Shown here: one piece after another, positions 59,353 to 64,000 of the stretch | Layout: each line of letters starts with the position of its first letter | Position numbering within the stretch: the first letter of the stretch is position 1 | The notes under the pieces: model-generated | What the model was told of the DNA's origin: nothing | Databases searched by the model: none | What the model saw: only the letters and a program-made list of their open reading frames with translations | Made by a program: the position numbers and the translations under genes | Source of the DNA: a virus | Virus record (IMG/VR): IMGVR_UViG_3300043425_000861 | Reading direction: 5' to 3' (one strand) | Length of the DNA: 64,000 nucleotides

Positions 59353-60219
59353 ATGACAGAACAAACTATCACCACAGGTAACGAGATTACCGACATTCTC
59401 AATCAGACAGGTCTGAATTGGAATGTAAGAACAGAAGAATTACAAACCACATCAGGAATTATTATCCCTGATAAGATTGGTTTAATCCGTGATGACAACA
59501 ACACTTGTCTTGGCGTTCACTCGGGTTCGTATGTACCTTATCAGAATCAAGAGTTATTGGAATTGTTATTCCGTATCTCTCAACAAACAGGATTGAAACT
59601 TCATACAGGGGGTTCATTCAAAGGTGGTGAGAAGGTATGGTTTCAATTAAAGTCAGAAGACTTGAAGTTGTCCAACGACAGGATTGAAGGTTACATTAGT
59701 GGGTTCAACTCATTTGATGGAAGAACATCATTAGCGTTTGGTAACTCGAATGTTACAGTATCTTGTCAAAATACTTTTTGGAAAGGTTACAGAGATGTTG
59801 AAACCAAATTGAGACACTCATCAGCGATGAAACCAAAGATTGAAGAAATTTTGAGAAAGATTGATGTTCTATTACAAGAAGAACAACAAACCTTCGACAA
59901 CATTCAACGTCTTGGTAATGTTAGAATGACACAACAAGTTAAAGACTTGGTTATTCGTAGATTGTTCGACATTGAAAAGGAAGAGAGACTTGATAGTGAT
60001 GACTTATCTACTAACAAGAAAAACAAACTCTCTCGTTTCTACATTGACTTGAATGGTGAGTTACAACAAAAGGGTGATAACCTTTGGGGTTTATTTAGTG
60101 GTGTAACAAAATATACCACACACTCTATGAAGAAAGGTGATAACACGGAAGGTAAAATCTTCGGACAAGTCGGTTACAAAGAGAGACAGATTTGGGACAA
60201 CCTCGTAGAATTGGTGTAA
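59353..60219 (+). CDS. DUF932/DUF945-family protein
   Basis: GLNWNV, Y-x-P-x-QN, GSFKGGEKVW, NSFDG, VSCQNT, RH, NLWGLF-x-GVT-x-Y. Confidence 0.85.
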   Translation: MTEQTITTGNEITDILNQTGLNWNVRTEELQTTSGIIIPDKIGLIRDDNNTCLGVHSGSYVPYQNQELLELLFRISQQTGLKLHTGGSFKGGEKVWFQLKSEDLKLSNDRIEGYISGFNSFDGRTSLAFGNSNVTVSCQNTFWKGYRDVETKLRHSSAMKPKIEEILRKIDVLLQEEQQTFDNIQRLGNVRMTQQVKDLVIRRLFDIEKEERLDSDDLSTNKKNKLSRFYIDLNGELQQKGDNLWGLFSGVTKYTTHSMKKGDNTEGKIFGQVGYKERQIWDNLVELV

Positions 60220-60514
60220 GACATAATAGGTTGATGTGATTTGAAACCCTCGGACTTTTGGTTCGGGGGTTTTTTGTTTCTGTGCACTGTACCTGCACAG
60301 CACTGGAGTCAATGTTCAACGGCTTGTGGCTGTAAGACATTCACCTGCACCAGCGCTGCACTGGCGTGCTGCGTTTATCGTCGCCGTAAGACATTGGACC
60401 TGGGATTTAGCGCTGTTCTGTTCTTAACATTCTTTAACATTCTTTTAACAAAAAAAATTTGGTAGTTAAATAAAAACATATTACTTTTACATCATCATCA
60501 AAAACAACAAAGAA

Positions 60515-60733
60515 ATGATTAAATCAATCGAAGAAAAAGAAACCAAGTTAGAAATTGACTTGACAGGTCCTGACGGAAACGCGTTTGTACTATTAGGGTA
60601 CGCGAGTAGATTCTCTAAACAATTAGGTTTAGATGGGAAAACCATTCAATCAGAAATGATGAAAGGAGACTACGAACATCTCGTAGATACATTCGACAAA
60701 TATTTTGGGGAATACGTTACGTTATATCGTTAA
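60515..60733 (+). CDS. hypothetical phage protein
   Basis: IDLTGPDGNAFVLLG...M-x-GDYEHL. Confidence 0.8.
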   Translation: MIKSIEEKETKLEIDLTGPDGNAFVLLGYASRFSKQLGLDGKTIQSEMMKGDYEHLVDTFDKYFGEYVTLYR

Positions 60734-60809
60734 CAAAATTTTAACTAAAATTATTTGGCGGTTAAATAAAAAGTTATTACTTTTACATCATCATCAAAAC
60801 AACAAAGAA

Positions 60810-61061
60810 ATGTCAGAGTTAAAAACAAAAACTGATGTCCTATCACATTGGACTAAAAAATCGAAAGAGGTTTTACAGGGTAAGACCATAGTAGAAGTTC
60901 GTTATCTTAATGACGAAGAAATGGAAATGATGGGTTGGTATAAACGACCTGTGTGTTTCTTCCTTAATGATGGTACAAGTTGTATCTTGTCCTGTGATGA
61001 TGAAGGGAATGATGGTGGTGTATTATTTTATGGTAGTGATGGAGTTCTACCAACATTATAA
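60810..61061 (+). CDS. hypothetical protein
   Basis: L-x-GKTI..VRY..E....GW...S-x-DDEGNDGG. Confidence 0.75.
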   Translation: MSELKTKTDVLSHWTKKSKEVLQGKTIVEVRYLNDEEMEMMGWYKRPVCFFLNDGTSCILSCDDEGNDGGVLFYGSDGVLPTL

Positions 61062-61080
61062 ACCTTTAAATCAAAAAGAG

Positions 61081-61314
61081 ATGAGTTACCTAACATTAAG
61101 AGATTGGAGAGAAAACCACGTCAAAGTTATTTTTAAACTTGACGGAAGTAAGGTAGAGGTTAAATCAACTGATAGTGATATAACCTACTTTAAAAGTACC
61201 GATAGAAAAATTGTTCAAGAGTTTATCGACAATTCGACAAAACAACTGACAACAATCTACGAACTTAATTTCGAGAACATTCAACAAGATTTTCTAAACG
61301 TAATAAATAATTAA
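61081..61314 (+). CDS. hypothetical protein
   Basis: 77-aa ORF in an operon. Confidence 0.65.
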   Translation: MSYLTLRDWRENHVKVIFKLDGSKVEVKSTDSDITYFKSTDRKIVQEFIDNSTKQLTTIYELNFENIQQDFLNVINN

Positions 61315-61318
61315 AAAA

Positions 61319-61762
61319 ATGGGTTACACACACTATTGGAATTATACCAAACCATCAAAAGATTTTGATGATGAGTACATCAACGTACTATTAGACATCA
61401 ACCTCGGATTAAAAAATCTCGACAAGAGTATCGTATTACGAGGTGGAGACGGAACAGGTTTACCTGAATTCACAAGAGAAAGAATTTGTTTCAACGGAGA
61501 CGGACAACAAGGTTTAAACCACGAAACATTTTATTTTGATAAAGACCCTACGGACTTTACCTTTTGTAAGACAAACAATAAACCCTATGATTTTTTTGTA
61601 GGAGTTTGTTTACTCTCACTGGCGAATAGAATAACAGGGTTTGAGTTCAGTTCAGACGGAGACAATCGAGAGTGGGAACCAATTATTTTGTTCTATCAAA
61701 AGTTTATTGGTGAGATTAAACCAAGTATTTTAGAAAAATTATTAAGATTAGAAGAATTTTAA
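61319..61762 (+). CDS. hypothetical phage protein
   Basis: MGYTHYW...FNG...HETF...FCKT..KPYD...SSDG. Confidence 0.8.
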   Translation: MGYTHYWNYTKPSKDFDDEYINVLLDINLGLKNLDKSIVLRGGDGTGLPEFTRERICFNGDGQQGLNHETFYFDKDPTDFTFCKTNNKPYDFFVGVCLLSLANRITGFEFSSDGDNREWEPIILFYQKFIGEIKPSILEKLLRLEEF

Positions 61763-61864
61763 CAAAAAATATTTGGAAGTTAAATAAAATTGTATAACTT
61801 TGTAATCGTATTCATTATTCTATAACTAACTCGGGGACGGGACGAAATCCGAACAAAAATTATC

Positions 61865-62611
61865 GTGAATAAAATTCAAACAGGTAAAAAAGTGGGTGAA
61901 ATCTTTGAGACCAAAGATTACTCAATCTTCAAATTTAGAGAAGATAATCGTATCGTAAATCAAAACCACGTTAGAAAACTCTCTCAACGTATGAAAGAGA
62001 ATGGTTGGTTATCAACATCAGTAGTTACTATCAATGGTAGTGGTGAAGTTATTGACGGACAACACAGGATTAAGGGAGCGATTATCGCGGGTGTCCCTGT
62101 CCGTTACAAATGTGTGAGAGGGGCGGGTAGTGATGAAATGACATCAATGAACACACTTCAACGAAATTGGTCTCCATTTGACCACTTAAATAAATTCGTG
62201 AAGAAAGGAAATCCTAACTACATAACTTTCCAAAAGTTTACGGAAGAATTTCCAATGTTCAAATATACTGAATGTGCGATGTTGTTACAAAATAGTGTAA
62301 CATCAATCAAGAGAGATAATTTTGATAGTGGTAATTATGTTGTGAGAAACGAGAAGAAAGGTCGATTATGGGGACAACACTTGTTAGAGTTGAAACCATA
62401 CTTTGAGAAGTACTACAACAAATCAATCTTTGTGAGAGGTTTCATCAAAATCATTTCTAACAAGAAAGAGTTTGTGTTTGAAGAATTTTTACACAAAGTA
62501 AAGTTGAGACCTAATATGTTAGTTCCTTGTGGTACAACGGAACAATATATTGAAATGATTGAGAACATTTACAACTATAAGAGAAGTAATAAAGTTAATT
62601 TAAGATTTTAG
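61865..62611 (+). CDS. ParB/Srx-like N-terminal domain protein
   Basis: NR-x-V...HV-x-KL...M...GW...VIDGQHR. Confidence 0.75.
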   Translation: MNKIQTGKKVGEIFETKDYSIFKFREDNRIVNQNHVRKLSQRMKENGWLSTSVVTINGSGEVIDGQHRIKGAIIAGVPVRYKCVRGAGSDEMTSMNTLQRNWSPFDHLNKFVKKGNPNYITFQKFTEEFPMFKYTECAMLLQNSVTSIKRDNFDSGNYVVRNEKKGRLWGQHLLELKPYFEKYYNKSIFVRGFIKIISNKKEFVFEEFLHKVKLRPNMLVPCGTTEQYIEMIENIYNYKRSNKVNLRF

Positions 62612-62853
62612 TTGTAGATGATGAGTGAGAAAAGGGGGTGTAGAAATACACTCCTTTTTTTTTGTCCAAGAAGATGTAACCTTACAGGGTGGGAGGAATG
62701 TTCAACGGCTTTCAAATAACCGGTAGACATTTCTTTCCGACGCGCTGAGGAAATCTTTTAACAAAATTTTTAGAAAATAATTGGTTCAGAATTTGGAAAT
62801 ATCAATGATATAGATGTATATTTGTGAATAATTAATCATCTCAATCAAATCAA

Positions 62854-63117
62854 ATGAAAAAGAAAACACAACACACACTCTTAAAGGGTGAAGGTATCCA
62901 CCAACACACATTGTATGGGGATTTCAAAATCGGTTCTGAAACCGAAGTAGATTTTATGGAAGTGGAAGTATCCGAAGAAAGTTTACTTAAACACGAGAAA
63001 CCTAATGGTTCTTTTGGTGAACACAAGACACTAAAAATTGAACAGGGTAAGTGGGTGATGGGTAAACAAGTAGAGTACAATCCTTTTAATCAAACCATTT
63101 CAAGAGTTTGGGACTAA
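62854..63117 (+). CDS. hypothetical protein
   Basis: GEG-x-H-x-H...L-x-HE...EH....G-x-W...Q-x-EYNP. Confidence 0.75.
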   Translation: MKKKTQHTLLKGEGIHQHTLYGDFKIGSETEVDFMEVEVSEESLLKHEKPNGSFGEHKTLKIEQGKWVMGKQVEYNPFNQTISRVWD

Positions 63118-63521
63118 TGGCTAATCCACTAATTCATTCAAAATCCAGTGTAAAAAGGTGGGGTGGAAAAGTAGAAGACTACATATCCATTCACGAGTTA
63201 ATTGATAGTCCGAAGGCGACTATGAACAATAACTCATCAAGATTATTAACACATAATACTTGGTTTGCGTATCATATATGTCCGAAGATTTTTGGATATA
63301 ACATTACGAACTCTGATGGTAAGAGTGTTGATGTAGTTGATATTGCGATGTTACATATCGCAGAGGACTTCCGTATGAAGTTCGTTCCGACACCACAGGA
63401 TTACTTACAACATTTACAAGTCCAACCCTGGATGAATAATGGTGTGAAGGTTTTGGATAGTGTGGACGCCCAAAACATTGTTAAACAACTAAACGAAAAA
63501 TTACATTATGAAATCAGTTAA
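63117..63521 (+). CDS. DUF6915-like protein
   Basis: P-x-x-HS-x-SS..WGG..DY..IH...DS-x-K...H...HI-x-ED. Confidence 0.7.
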   Translation: MANPLIHSKSSVKRWGGKVEDYISIHELIDSPKATMNNNSSRLLTHNTWFAYHICPKIFGYNITNSDGKSVDVVDIAMLHIAEDFRMKFVPTPQDYLQHLQVQPWMNNGVKVLDSVDAQNIVKQLNEKLHYEIS

Positions 63522-64000
63522 AGAAGAAATGATTGACAAGTGGAAAGAACTCAATATCAAAAGTTGTAGTATGGAGTTCTCTTGTGGTGGTGATAGTATG
63601 AACGACTATTCATTCACCTTTTACACCAACGACAACAAAGAAGTTGATGGTGAAGAACTTACTGACTACTTTGAAACCGAAGTATTCAATGAGGTTGAGT
63701 TTTATGAAGTTTCTGATGGACATTACATTGGTGAGTCTGGTGTTGTTGAAATCACATTGGAAGAAGATGATGAACCATACTTTTCGTATTACAAAGATGC
63801 GAGTTCTGAATGGTCAGAGAGATTTTTCGGACAAATGAACGTACCACTAACCGATACCGAACTTTCTTTTATTAAAGAAAAGGTATTGAATATGAATGGT
63901 AGTGATTGGGGTGAACCAAATATCAACTACAAAATAGATTGTATCATTACTGATGAAGAACAGGAAATGATTAACAATTTAATTAAAAGAATTGATGATG
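63508..64000 (+). CDS. hypothetical acidic protein, runs off the window end
   Basis: Open frame from MKSVKEEMIDKW with an FSCGGDS motif. Confidence 0.7.
   Translation, partial: MKSVKEEMIDKWKELNIKSCSMEFSCGGDSMNDYSFTFYTNDNKEVDGEELTDYFETEVFNEVEFYEVSDGHYIGESGVVEITLEEDDEPYFSYYKDASSEWSERFFGQMNVPLTDTELSFIKEKVLNMNGSDWGEPNINYKIDCIITDEEQEMINNLIKRIDD

Larger units (their letters stand above)
46506..62732. repeat. dispersed intergenic bipartite inverted element AATGTYnnACAGCT-(spacer)-TAACCGGTRGACATT
   Basis: AGCT/GGCT-arm first at ~48195, 48691, 49135, 50025, 50832, 51627, 52815, 55859, 57894, 62697; reversed at ~47142, 49584, 52209, 53429, 56734; two AGCT-type arms at ~54639, 59100, 60311; half-sites at ~46506, 47068, 48112, 53946, 55181, 57444. 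Confidence 0.9.

Noticed and set aside
46506-62732. CRISPR array or integron attC interpretation of the repeats
   Set aside because: Units are separated by whole genes with their own promoters, spacing is irregular, there are no RYYYAAC/GTTRRRY ends, and no cas or integrase gene is visible in the window.

Overview
This window looks like 64 kb of a large, AT-rich tailed-phage genome in the standard genetic code. The host is probably Bacteroidota, inferred from TTTG..TAnnTTTG promoters, a general lack of Shine-Dalgarno sites, and a tmRNA tag that resumes at Gly. Layout: (1) 1-8.4 kb is an RNA region with 15 tRNAs, a ~140-nt structured insert, a ~800-nt GOLLD-like ncRNA and a tmRNA. (2) 5-46 kb holds mixed-strand middle/late genes: glycosylation and sugar-nucleotide enzymes, IMPDH/GMPR, a GH19 endolysin, an M23 peptidase, nucleases, and about 20 unrelated proteins that share a Glu-containing N-terminal leader, many behind a TATTTATA motif. 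(3) A G-tract switch point lies at ~46.4-46.5 kb. It is followed by an all-plus-strand array of small early-type gene cassettes, each built as terminator - bipartite inverted motif - TTAACA repeats - host-type promoter - ORF. The most striking signal is that ~46.4-58.8 kb is almost free of the dinucleotide GpC, while CpG is common. As a result 24 consecutive ORFs (~2,450 codons) contain no alanine, and nearly all surviving GpCs sit in the AGCT arm of a repeated intergenic element found in both orientations. All counts were made by eye and family calls come from motif recognition, not database searches.
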